The notes beneath the pieces are model-generated. The model searched no databases and had not been told where the DNA came from. It saw nothing but the letters and a program-made list of their open reading frames with translations. A DNA stretch of 63,048 nucleotides, counting the filler, from Corallochytrium limacisporum Hawaii (taxonomy: Eukaryota > Protista > Pluriformea), in assembly GCA_002811645.1 (NCBI GenBank). It is 3 parts of 3 records of this genome, joined end to end, with 100 filler letters (N's around TTAATTAATTAA, not from the genome) between each part and the next. Parts side by side here need not be neighbours in the genome. Positions count along the whole stretch, not along the records: positions 31,429 to 61,942 come from PDIP01000067.1; 2 more parts are not named here. The stretch is one strand, 5' to 3'. This document shows positions 45,554 to 55,622 of the stretch, in pieces. Each line of letters opens with the position of its first letter. Position 1 is the stretch's first letter. Position numbers and translations under genes: made by a program.

Positions 45554-46492
45554 ATGACCGGTCGTGAATTGTGCCCACCACCAGCCGAAGAAGTGGCTCA
45601 GGAAGTGGAGATGCTGAATGCCATCTATGGCGAGTGTGCTGCATCCTACGACAGCTCTGATGGTGTCTTGCGGGCATTGGTATCGAATGAGACAGATCAA
45701 GAAGGATTAGAGGGTGGATGTCCTCTCCTGAAATGTGAAATTGATGTCACACTAAAAGCAGAGTTTCCAGGGAAGCCAGATGCCTTTAGTTTGTTGAGCA
45801 TTACCATCTACTCGAGGCTTGCAGATGGGCGAATGGATCCGCTGTCTTTTAATGTAGTAGATTCATTGAAAGACCGACTTGAGGAAGATCTAGATGCGGC
45901 AAAGGATTCTGTGTTTTCATTCCTCGAAGTATTCAGGCAAGGGATCACAGACCTCAGTCGCGAGCTGCACAGCGAACAGGAACAGCAAGCAGCCGTACAA
46001 GAGGCGCTGGACCAGGAGAAAAATGCGTTCTGTGATAGGAGATCAAAAGGATCCATCCCATTTGCATCATTTGAAGGCGAAATTTACCACTCGGAGCCCA
46101 TTGTCGACCGCAAGAGTACATTCCAGGGCCACGCTGCGACCGTGTACGATACTGACGAAGCTATGTCATTCCTGCACACACTGATCGGTGGCAACAAGAA
46201 GATCCAAGCAGCTTACCACAACATGTGGGCCTACCGATGCGTTCGACCTGATAAGCCAGAGTCGCTGCTGACAGACTGCGACGATGATGGTGAGGATAAG
46301 GCTGGTGGCCGTTTGAGTCACCTGTTGGACGTCCTGAATGTTCAGAATGGCATGGTAGTGGTGAGTCGATGGTATGGTGGCATCCATCTCGGACCGGATC
46401 GCTTCAAGCACATCAACAATTGTGCTCGTAATGCCTTGGAAGCGGGAAGTATGATTCCAGAGAAGTACAAAGCCAGCAACAGCAAGAAGTAA
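45554..46492 (+). CDS. IMPACT: IMPACT/Yih1 (RWD plus UPF0029 ancient domain), GCN1-binding regulator
   Basis: EVEMLNAIY RWD start, PIVDRKSTFQGH, HNMWAYR, DDDGEDKAGGRL, VVVSRWYGGIHLGPDRFKHI. Alternative ATG at 45488. Confidence 0.92.
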   Translation: MTGRELCPPPAEEVAQEVEMLNAIYGECAASYDSSDGVLRALVSNETDQEGLEGGCPLLKCEIDVTLKAEFPGKPDAFSLLSITIYSRLADGRMDPLSFNVVDSLKDRLEEDLDAAKDSVFSFLEVFRQGITDLSRELHSEQEQQAAVQEALDQEKNAFCDRRSKGSIPFASFEGEIYHSEPIVDRKSTFQGHAATVYDTDEAMSFLHTLIGGNKKIQAAYHNMWAYRCVRPDKPESLLTDCDDDGEDKAGGRLSHLLDVLNVQNGMVVVSRWYGGIHLGPDRFKHINNCARNALEAGSMIPEKYKASNSKK

Positions 46493-46615
46493 AAGTCTAA
46501 AGAAACACAGCGTAGTCATAAAGGAGTGCTTGTAGTCTAATGGCTACACGAGTTAATAACCGTGCATCTATCTTTGATGGCTATAAAACTTGTCGAACAA
46601 CGCTTTCCTATGAGG

Positions 46616-47839
46616 TTAAAAGGACTCCAGTTCGTCCAGAACGTGATGCTGCAGCTTGCCCAGAGTGGCAGCCAGGGATTTGCGCTCCAAAGTTCTGCGC
46701 TCTTCAGTCTGACGGCTGCTCATGGAGTATGTCCCTTCAATGAACGAAGCGACATGTAGGGCAGTAAAAACACTGGTAGTATGCTGTGTGCAGAATGCAT
46801 GGGGGATACCGGACAGGTCCACGGTGTGCTGTACTGTGGGTACCCGAACAGCGATCAATTCCTTGTGCTTCAGAGGACCCCAGTGGTCATCCTCTCCCCA
46901 TATGCACATCATACGATCGCCAAGCTTCTGAAAGTGTTCAAAGTCAATCTCCTTGTTCAGATCCCGGAATTCGCACATACCAAGGTAGGTGTGCTGATTG
47001 AAGACATTGTATCGCACCATACTGCGCATAACGTACTTACGGTCTGCGACATCGAGCTCAGGGGCCACGATGCGGAGGATCAGGTCCTTAACGAAGTCTG
47101 GGAGGAGAGACACAGCTCCCACAAGGGTACAGGCAGCCTTGCGCACCACTTCGCTGCCAAGAATATGCCAGAGACGGTTCTGTGTGGCACCATGCATGTC
47201 ACGCTTAAAGAAGGGGAACAGAGCAACTACACGGAAATTGATCTCAGTTTGAACCAAGTCACGGGCCATTTCAGTAATGATATGTGATCCAATGGAATGA
47301 CCGATCAACACGACACGATCGCGTGGTTCGTGTCCCTGTTCCTTTAACCAATCTCTTTTCTGCTTAACCTGTTCGTCCAGATCACTGAGTTGCTTTTGCT
47401 CTTCCGGGAAAGGATGGATGCCGTTGTGTCCGATGTATCCGACAGTCTTGATTGTCCAGCTGGCACCTAGCTCACTGTAGAGTTTCTGCATAAAACTCTG
47501 GTAAACATTAGCAAGACCTGGATTGCCCGGAATCACGTATACCCAGCCTTTCGGGCGATCTACCCCAGATGCCTCCATGGTACATGTCTCCACTACATGG
47601 CCTGCCAGGGTTTCCACTTTGCAGTCCACCTTAACCTTCGTGAGGCGCTTGAAAGCGCCACTCAACCGACGCCCTTCCCTCTCTGGAGTGGAGGACGAGC
47701 TCGCTTGCTTCACAGGCGAGAGATCTCTGATCATGATTTGTGTTGCTGTGTGAATTATTTGATAGCTTTTGACTCCTGCAAAGTGTCTACTTAACAATGT
47801 GAGTGCTGGACGAGCCACAAGTGTAGAAACTCTCAGCAT
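46616..47839 (-). CDS. LDAH: Lipid-droplet-associated serine hydrolase (LDAH family, alpha/beta hydrolase)
   Basis: IPGNPG oxyanion motif, LDEQVKQK, GHSIG nucleophile, DHW, PHAF catalytic His. Confidence 0.82.
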   Translation of the reverse strand: MLRVSTLVARPALTLLSRHFAGVKSYQIIHTATQIMIRDLSPVKQASSSSTPEREGRRLSGAFKRLTKVKVDCKVETLAGHVVETCTMEASGVDRPKGWVYVIPGNPGLANVYQSFMQKLYSELGASWTIKTVGYIGHNGIHPFPEEQKQLSDLDEQVKQKRDWLKEQGHEPRDRVVLIGHSIGSHIITEMARDLVQTEINFRVVALFPFFKRDMHGATQNRLWHILGSEVVRKAACTLVGAVSLLPDFVKDLILRIVAPELDVADRKYVMRSMVRYNVFNQHTYLGMCEFRDLNKEIDFEHFQKLGDRMMCIWGEDDHWGPLKHKELIAVRVPTVQHTVDLSGIPHAFCTQHTTSVFTALHVASFIEGTYSMSSRQTEERRTLERKSLAATLGKLQHHVLDELESF

Positions 47840-48768
47840 TTCCCATCTCACTATCCATAAGTACTTGTTGCTCTACTGCGGCTTCGGGAGCACTCTGTCC
47901 TCTTGAAATATCTTCATGCAAACAATACGGCCACCTAGGAGTTGGCAGAACCGGTCACTTCGAAAAGTAATGCGTGCTTGAACCTGAACCAGGGGTGAGA
48001 TATATGAGGCAGCAAAAGTTGCCTTCCGGTCACGTTTATGCCACAGGCCCTCGAGGTCAGCACGGGGCCATGGTGACTTCCAATTGGCACTATTCTTGTC
48101 CTACTTCATTTCCCTGCTTAACCGGATCAGTGTTCAACGCCAAGATTGAGAAATTGCCCGGGCCAGCGATTCGCACACACTCTTTTCTCGTCGTGCTTTA
48201 CAGCTGGGGCTTCTGGGCGTCCAAAGGAACACTACCACCTGTGTCCAATACCCATCGCCACATCACATTTTTGTATCCGTGTACCGAAGCGATAGTATGA
48301 TGTAAAGCGTGATGCTTCTGCAAAATTTCCTTACTTTTAGGGGTCTAAGAGAGCTTAAATAGAAACAGGCACATGCAAGGTAAAAATAGACTCCGAAAAA
48401 TGTTACCTCGATGGGGGCCTAATTGTAGCCACCCGGAAAGCCTCGGCCTTGCCGTCCCTCCGGGACTGGTGTCAGTGGGGGCGGAATTAGCAAGTGACAA
48501 CGGGCCGACCATAGGCGAACTGGCGGGAAAAGACCGGGTGACCTCGATAGTGAAAGTACGACCAGAGTCCGATGTCGGCTGTCGGTTAACCTCGAGCTCT
48601 ACTCCAAATGATAAAATCACACGCTCGGGTCTCTCGGGACGGGTTGGGATGTAGTGACACTTGCGCTGTTTTGGTTCCTGAGCCCCTATTTCAGATCAGG
48701 TGGCAATATTCGGAGCACAGATATCCTATTTGTGCAACGGTCGGAACCAAGAAATGTGATGTCCAGGA

Positions 48769-49203
48769 ATGATCCGTCTTGTAGCGGGGTATGCAACAGG
48801 TCAGACTGCAAAGTTCGCAGCCGGAAAGAGCGTATCAGACCGAAAGTCGGTATTCCAAGGGTTTCTGACGCACTGCACCGATATTAAGCGGGTGTCAGCT
48901 TTGCTGGCGGAGTTGCGTAATTCAGACCGAAAGCTGAGCAAGGCTTCGCATTTTGTTTGGGCGGCCAGAGTACAAAGCAAGCTGCCGGGTGCACTTCCAG
49001 ACATTGCCACTGACGACGCCGGTGAAACTGGGGCAGGCGGCCGCCTGCTAAAGATACTGGAACACGGGGGATACGATAACGTTCTCTTGGTTGTACTGCG
49101 TTGGTACGGAGGAGTGCCCCTTGGTGGAGCTCGCTATAGGCACATTTCGAACTGTGGAGTAAGCGCAATCGAGGTGGCGAAGGCCTCGAAGATGATCACG
49201 TAG
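48769..49203 (+). CDS. Short IMPACT-family protein (UPF0029 domain only, no RWD; yeast YDL177C-like architecture)
   Basis: DRKSVFQG, KASHFVWAAR, DDAGETGAGGRLL, VVLRWYGGVPLGGARYRHI. Confidence 0.88.
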   Translation: MIRLVAGYATGQTAKFAAGKSVSDRKSVFQGFLTHCTDIKRVSALLAELRNSDRKLSKASHFVWAARVQSKLPGALPDIATDDAGETGAGGRLLKILEHGGYDNVLLVVLRWYGGVPLGGARYRHISNCGVSAIEVAKASKMIT

Positions 49204-49257
49204 CGCAAATTGAAACAGAGCAGAGGACATAATAACGGCTTTAACATTGGACTAACC

Positions 49258-50559
49258 ATGACATCTGCCGGTCGGACACGAGACCTCAGTGAAACTGACC
49301 AGGACAACTGGGAGGAAGAGGTTGACCCTCGTGTCGAAGGTGCGTTAGAACGTCTAAATCTGGCCAGCACGGAAGTAAATGAAATGGAAAACCGTCTGGC
49401 AGAAGCTAAGCGGAAACAAAAGAATTTGGTCAACGACGCTCAGACTGGCTTACAGGACAGTCGGCACAAGTTGGGCTCCTGTGTACAGAACGCATGGAAG
49501 TACTACGAACTCTTGCGTGAGATTAAGCGCTTGAATGAGGAAATGCTCCGTGCATCTTACGTATTTGAGAGCGCCTCGGAGGAGGTAAAGAATGCAAAGG
49601 CACTATCAGGGCAAGTAGAAGAACAGGTGCTGAACCAGAAAGAAAAATTTGACGACACTTGGCAAGAAGCCATGAACCGAGCTAACGAGAAACTCGCGGA
49701 CGCAAAAACCGAGCAAAAGCGTGCTAGTTCTCTGCACTATCGGTATATCCAGGAGATTAGCAAGGCTGTTGCGAAGCGGGACCGCATGTACCAAAAGAAA
49801 AAGCGCACCATTGACAAGGCGAAGCCATACTACGACCTCCGGGATGCTTTCGAAATAAGCTTGCGTTCCATCTTTCAGATTGTGCAGGATTTGGAGGACG
49901 AAGTACATGGTAAGCGTAGCAATGTCAAAGCATCGCTGGAACATTTGAACACCATTAGTGAAGAAGTTCATGCGAAACGGATTGCTATGTCCACGGAAGA
50001 ATTCAGGGATAAAGTACGCATCTCGGAGAAGCTGCATGAGTCGGACAACCGGAGCATGTCTGTGTCGGAAGTCCTGCGCCTTGCGGACGGCTTTGATGGC
50101 ACTGCTGGTCTCTCGGACGACGATTTATCATCATCAGGACTGGATCCCTCAGACATGGCGCTGCGCGCAGCCAGTCCGGCCTCACCGTGGAGCACGGGTA
50201 CACCGATTCCGGACGAGATAGCTGAGGGCCGGGACGTGCGGATAGAATCGTTTGGACACAAAACTGAAGAACAGCCATCGATGACCTCTTCGGTCGAAAG
50301 AGGAGACGAGGATAAGGCGTCGGAAAGGACATCGGACACTACCGCGCCGGGAGAAGAGATAGTCAAGGAAGAAGTCACCGAAGTCACCAGCTCGGAAAGT
50401 TTACCGACGGGTGCAACACGTAAAGAGCTGGACAAAGAAATGGTTGCGGATAAACCTGCCGAGAACCATGAAGCGACAGAGTCCGTCTCCGCTGCACCTC
50501 CTCACATTATTGAGCCCACACCCGACGATCCATCAAGCTCTACGGTGGACGAGCAATGA
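49258..50559 (+). CDS. SH3BP5: SH3BP5/Parcas-family coiled-coil Rab11 GEF
   Basis: EEEVDPRVEGALERLN..VNEME, KLGSCVQNAWKYYE, FDDTWQEAMNRA, IDKAKPYYD, SLEHLNTISEEVHAKR. ATG in CTAACCATG context. Confidence 0.9.
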   Translation: MTSAGRTRDLSETDQDNWEEEVDPRVEGALERLNLASTEVNEMENRLAEAKRKQKNLVNDAQTGLQDSRHKLGSCVQNAWKYYELLREIKRLNEEMLRASYVFESASEEVKNAKALSGQVEEQVLNQKEKFDDTWQEAMNRANEKLADAKTEQKRASSLHYRYIQEISKAVAKRDRMYQKKKRTIDKAKPYYDLRDAFEISLRSIFQIVQDLEDEVHGKRSNVKASLEHLNTISEEVHAKRIAMSTEEFRDKVRISEKLHESDNRSMSVSEVLRLADGFDGTAGLSDDDLSSSGLDPSDMALRAASPASPWSTGTPIPDEIAEGRDVRIESFGHKTEEQPSMTSSVERGDEDKASERTSDTTAPGEEIVKEEVTEVTSSESLPTGATRKELDKEMVADKPAENHEATESVSAAPPHIIEPTPDDPSSSTVDEQ

Positions 50560-50810
50560 GGGACAGAGTTTCCTCTCCTGTTGGTACAATAGACTTTCAA
50601 AGTTTAACACAGAATTGACACAGAATCGCGAACCCCGTGTATGTACGGTTGAAAAGAGAAACAGATATATTTCATGAAAGTTTTCTTAATGTTACACATA
50701 ACAAGCGCTTCAAAGCAAGAAAAGAGACGACACTGGTCATGAGATCGTACCATTCCGGCATCAATCGTATCTCGGCCTTTCTTGTTCTGCTCACTTGTTC
50801 CGACTCGGAA

Positions 50811-51692
50811 TTACAGGTCGATCAGGTTACCGTTCTGCTGCGGAGCTTGATCAGCGGGTGAACCCTTGAAGCGCATTTGGTTTCCTGGACTGCGCTTGAA
50901 TGCGTTGGTGTTGTCGTCCAGGAACGCGTCCTCAACGCGCTTTTGTTGCTGCTGAGCATCACCATTGCTCTGCGTCGGCCATGTATTGTCTCCTGGCCAT
51001 GCGTCGCCTTTATCAGTCCCTCTCTGCGTTGGCTGCTCTGCCGGAGCGTCAGATCGACGGTTCTGTTCGTTGTTGTCAAATCTAGCCGGCTGGTTGCGGC
51101 CACTGCTGTTCCAGTTACCAATTTCATCTCCAGCTCGGAGCATGGCTTCCCGAGAGTAACGGCCCACCCGAGCACGCTTGAAAGTGGTAGCAAGGTATGT
51201 ATTTATGGCCTTGGCATGCAGATCATCGCTGGCAAAGACGTGCACGTTCTGGCCGCCGCGACTCAGGTTCTGAGCCTTCACGCAAAGAGCAAAATAGTTA
51301 CCCATGCGTTTGGAGTAGTACGCACCCACAATACTGCGAAGATCGACGTGTTCAATGGTTTCGTCGGAAGCAAAGTTGGACACGACAATGTCACCATCGG
51401 TAACCTTGAAAATGCAGCGCTGGCGACGGGAGTTCAGGCCACCAGTGGAAAGGCGTCCAATGATACTGCGAGCTTTCTCAGGGATTACCTCGTGGTTCAT
51501 GTCGTATTCACAGCCCAGGTAACGCAGATCGAATTCACGGGGTTTCCACTCACCCAGATCAAAGGGATCTTCCTCATGGTGTACTGTGGAGTTGCGGGCG
51601 TCCCGCACATCACGGTATTCCTTGGGGTCACCTGTGATGGCTTCTGTCACAGCATCGGCGAGCTGCTGAATTCCCGAAAAAAATCCAGCCAT
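50811..51692 (-). CDS. PTB/PID-domain protein, probable clathrin-associated sorting adaptor
   Basis: FDLRYLG...VHVF..AKAINTYLATTFKRA PTB pattern, a DPF motif and C-terminal LIDL. The ATG at 51692 is preferred over the microsatellite-derived upstream extension. Confidence 0.75.
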   Translation of the reverse strand: MAGFFSGIQQLADAVTEAITGDPKEYRDVRDARNSTVHHEEDPFDLGEWKPREFDLRYLGCEYDMNHEVIPEKARSIIGRLSTGGLNSRRQRCIFKVTDGDIVVSNFASDETIEHVDLRSIVGAYYSKRMGNYFALCVKAQNLSRGGQNVHVFASDDLHAKAINTYLATTFKRARVGRYSREAMLRAGDEIGNWNSSGRNQPARFDNNEQNRRSDAPAEQPTQRGTDKGDAWPGDNTWPTQSNGDAQQQQKRVEDAFLDDNTNAFKRSPGNQMRFKGSPADQAPQQNGNLIDL

Positions 51693-51951
51693 TCTTGTGT
51701 GTCCTCGGATCGCGTTGCAGGGATGCTTTGTTTCGTTTAGTAATTGACCGTTGCAATGGTGCAAACCATTTTTCTTGACGATGTAGAAGTCATCATGGGA
51801 ATAAAATAGCTTAACACTTTTCTCCTTCACCACTTTAACTCCAAGTAATTTGCACTGCGCACGACCGCAGCAGTCGGAGAAAATAGAAGACCCAGAGACA
51901 GGCGACAAACGCCCTAAGCGGACTGGCGCGTGAACAGACCCTTCAATTTTG

Positions 51952-52020
51952 CTACACACGCACACACACCCAGACACAACTCGACACAAACACAGACACA
52001 CACACCTACACACAAACACG
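51952..52020. repeat. Degenerate (CA)n-rich tract
   Basis: Interrupted CA repeats upstream of the PTB gene. Confidence 0.7.
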
Positions 52021-54470
52021 GTACATAGCGCCCCCTGATCGCAGTCGTGGCACGTTGGGGCCCCAATTAGATTTTAATTTATTTCCTTTTTCCTTTCGTG
52101 TCTTTTAAGATTTTCTACATCTCCTCCCCCACGCCCGCCGCACATACTGCCGTAGTACTGTCGCTGAAGGGGAGGGCTGGCCCGCTGCAGTTGCCAGAAC
52201 ACCACCACGAGCACACCACTGGGCCTTTGAGTGCGCGGGGGTTGGGTTGGGGGGGAAGAGTGTCGAAAAATTAACCCCACTGGGCCAGGACTGCAGATAA
52301 ATGCAGTACATTAAGTTCTGATGGCTGCTTTTCTCACCTTGCGGGTACGAAGACAAAACATGTGCCGGAGGACGACCTCGCGGTGTCCCGGTATTGGCGG
52401 AGCAGTTCCGAGGTCCGCTTCCAGTTAAATTGTCCCTTAGAGATGAATCTCCTTTATTTTTTTTTTGTTCCTTTTGGGCCCTTGCCCTTTGCCACGAACG
52501 TTAAAAGAAAAAAAAGAAAAGAAAAAGGGGATTAAACGAGACAAAAAATCAAAAAGAAGGAAGAGATGGGACATATCTAACGTACTAAGAAGAAATACGG
52601 CATACTGAGGTGTGCACCGCCCCCCCCCCCTCTCTTCCACCTCTCCTCCCTCCCTCTCCTCCTTAACACACACACCTCCCAAACCCCCTCCCTCCCGCTT
52701 CTTCCCTTTCCTCTGCGGGGAAAACGCAGCACACACGTCAAAGCGACGCGCACCCACCGATCTCTCAATCTCCCGTCTCCCTGGCGGCGGGGAGTTTGTG
52801 GGTGGGGGAGGGCACCTTCCCGTCCCGTGCTGCCCCCGAGAGAAGGAAGGGAGGAGTTTGGCACCCAGGTTCCGGCAAGGGGGAGGGGGTTGGAGGGGGA
52901 GGGAACAAGGTAATGGTGAGGGGGTACACCGGGTTTCCAATTTTTTCCAACACCGAACGTATGGAGAAATGTTATGTTTGCTGGTGATCAATTCGTCCCG
53001 AGGTGCCCCTCCTCCCCTCTTCCTTTCCGAATTTGTTCTTGATTTTTTAGTTTTAGTTGTGGTGGTCTTGTTGCTTTGGGGGTTTACCCGCGTCCGAACG
53101 CTGGCAAACAGTGCTGTCTCCAGGGGCATTATTGGGAAGTACGCGGTGTATTTACTATTGAAAGGAGAAGGGGTGGTGGTGGACTGTTCGCTGACCAGGG
53201 GGTGTGTTTCGAGCGATTGGGGACCCCCTTCCGTCTGGGAGAGGGTCGGAGCACAACTCGGGCTCCAAAAGGCCTTGGACTGTCACCAGCTCCCCAGCGG
53301 AGTGTGGTTATGCCTTTTTGTTTGACGGACTTGCTGAATGGCCATCGTACAGACTCCCTAATGGCCCCTATCAGATATGCCTACTTCCTGAAGTCCCCAA
53401 TTCCATGGCTACTGCACAACGGTTGTTCCGCTGTTGGTAAATCCGCCGGGCATCAACATGTACATGTGATGAACTCAAGTTGTCTGCTGGCTTTTTTTTT
53501 TCACTCCACTGATAAAGTGTCACTGTCATGCTCAACTGGTCCTTATGAGCACAAGTCTTCGAACAAATTTCTCATGTCCGTTCGTTTACGATGCGTGTTG
53601 CCACCCCTGCTTATTCTGGATCCCCACGGCCAATGGCCTCAACGGAGCAGTCCCGTTCTTCGGAGCCACGCACATTTCCACAGACAATTCGCTGATCGAT
53701 GAATGTGCACTGTCCGAATGGTGAATCACATCTGGTATCCACACACAGGGCTTACTTCTTGACACTGACTATGACATGACGAGGGTAATGGTGTCGAGCT
53801 TGCACCCAGTCCACATCTCTCGTCTTTGGCAGCGGTTGCCCGGGGAGAGGTGGCAGAGGGTTGCCTCCCGGGGACCCCTTCTGGTGCGGGTCCCCTCCCC
53901 TCTTTTTTTTTGGAAGAGGCAAGGGGGGAGAAGGAGAGGAATGCAAACGCCCTCCCTCTGGGAATAAACCTGATGCCCTTGTTATTTTGGATTAGAAGAC
54001 CAAAGGTCAAACCAATCCGTCCTTTCCCGTACTGCCCTCCGGTATACCGTGGTACACAACGAATCTATAATTAGGTGCGAAGTTCCAGGACACACACACA
54101 CAAAGGAAAATACCGAACCCGCCCATTTGGACTGGGGGCTTTCACCGTACTCTGCCTTTTGGGTGATTTCGGACAGGCTTGGTAGTGGTAGTATGGTACC
54201 AGCGTATTGTGTACACTCCTGCGCACTTCTTCCCCCTGGGGTGGGTTGCATGACAGGTCGTGTGACAGAAAATTTGGCCAGTCTTGCAGTGGAAGGCCAG
54301 ACAGTAGATTTGGCGGCTACTCACGGACACCATATGTATGTCATGGAAAAGTTCATACTGCATGGATGCTAGGCTACAGCTATTGAGATACAGGTATCTT
54401 GGCAATCCGCAGAATTCTACCGTGAAATCTATGTATCCACAAATCTCAACTGCGTACACAAAAGGAGACC

Positions 54471-55511
54471 ATGGTGTACGATTTTGACAGTATTTGCGAA
54501 GCAATCGACAACGACGGCAGCGTTGTGCCGGTGAGCACTCACCGCAAGATCCTCCGCGGGCCAGTCCGTCGCCCGCACAATGATCTCCAGGAACAGGAGG
54601 TCGGTGGTGACCACAAGGCGCTGCACGATGAAGACACAGCGGCCAAGCTCGGTTTTAAGCAGGGTGCGCCAATTCACGGTACCGTGCATTGGTCACAGTT
54701 CACTCCACTTGCGCTAAAAGCGTTTGGTACTGGCTGGTTTGATCACGGCAGCATTAGTGTCCACTTTACCACCCCAGTCAGTCACCTAGAACCGACCATT
54801 GCCTACGCAGGTCTGCCGCAAAAAGGCCAGACACAGGTAGCCATTTGGATGAACAAGGACGACGCCAAGCAGACACGGGTGCTAATCGGCACGATATCTG
54901 TGGACCCAAGCCATAGAGAAGCACCGTCCATGGTTGAAAATAGGCTGAAAGGGGCCAAAACATTGGGACCAGGAGATGTACCCATTCTCATGCGCTTTAA
55001 GCCGGGCGAGGAGACCGCCTTGGTCAGGGACGTGGGACTCGACTTTGAAAAAAAGATCGGGGGACTCTTCCCTTACACAATCGAACAGAAGAATAAGATT
55101 ATAACGGAACCCAGTCCATGGTTTACCAAGGAAAGTGGTGGCTCCAGTCCGTGGGGGAAGGCACTACTTTCTCCAGAACTTTTCAATGCGCTCTTCTTCT
55201 ACACATTCGATCGCGTTCAGTGGCCCGAAGGTGGATTTACGAACAAAAAAGCAGTTGGCATGTTTGGGGGCTGTGAATGCAAATGGTACGAGCCTCTCTT
55301 TGTTGGTGATCGCTATGACTGCAAAGTACAGATCGTGGCCGTGGGTGAGACAAAGGGCACGGAATGGCTGTGGGCGAGGCACACTCTGTATCGCCCAGGT
55401 ACCAATGTAAGGGTCGGTGAAATGTTGTTGCAGCAAATGGCCCTGAAGCGCAGCTATCCCAACTATGTAGAGGAGCGCGCAAAGGCAGAACAGCGTAAGG
55501 CAAAGATGTAA
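54471..55511 (+). CDS. Double hotdog-fold (MaoC-like dehydratase/thioesterase) protein with PTS1-like C-terminus
   Basis: ALHDEDTAAKLGFKQGAPIHG resembles the MaoC hydratase motif. Second unit SPWGKALLSPE..GMFGGCE..PLFVGDRY. Ends in -AKM. Confidence 0.65.
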   Translation: MVYDFDSICEAIDNDGSVVPVSTHRKILRGPVRRPHNDLQEQEVGGDHKALHDEDTAAKLGFKQGAPIHGTVHWSQFTPLALKAFGTGWFDHGSISVHFTTPVSHLEPTIAYAGLPQKGQTQVAIWMNKDDAKQTRVLIGTISVDPSHREAPSMVENRLKGAKTLGPGDVPILMRFKPGEETALVRDVGLDFEKKIGGLFPYTIEQKNKIITEPSPWFTKESGGSSPWGKALLSPELFNALFFYTFDRVQWPEGGFTNKKAVGMFGGCECKWYEPLFVGDRYDCKVQIVAVGETKGTEWLWARHTLYRPGTNVRVGEMLLQQMALKRSYPNYVEERAKAEQRKAKM

Positions 55512-55622
55512 AATTACTTACAGTAATGCGTCGTTCAAGTACATCCATACATCTGTACATATATAGATTTACACATCCCTCACATGAAAGAGTTTTCCCG
55601 GGTGTATATTCGAGCTACAAAT

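Noticed and set aside
49200-49223. 21-24 nt GT-AG micro-intron that would remove the TAG and fuse mini-IMPACT to SH3BP5
   Set aside because: Poor donor (GTAGCG), no branch point inside, and far shorter than the one supported intron.
51693-52019. Cys/Val-rich N-terminal extension of the PTB ORF
   Set aside because: Non-ATG start derived from translating a (TG)n tract; the real start is probably 51692.
52437-53702. 200-240 aa ORFs on both strands
   Set aside because: Pro/Gly-rich translations of C/G tracts with no recognisable domain.
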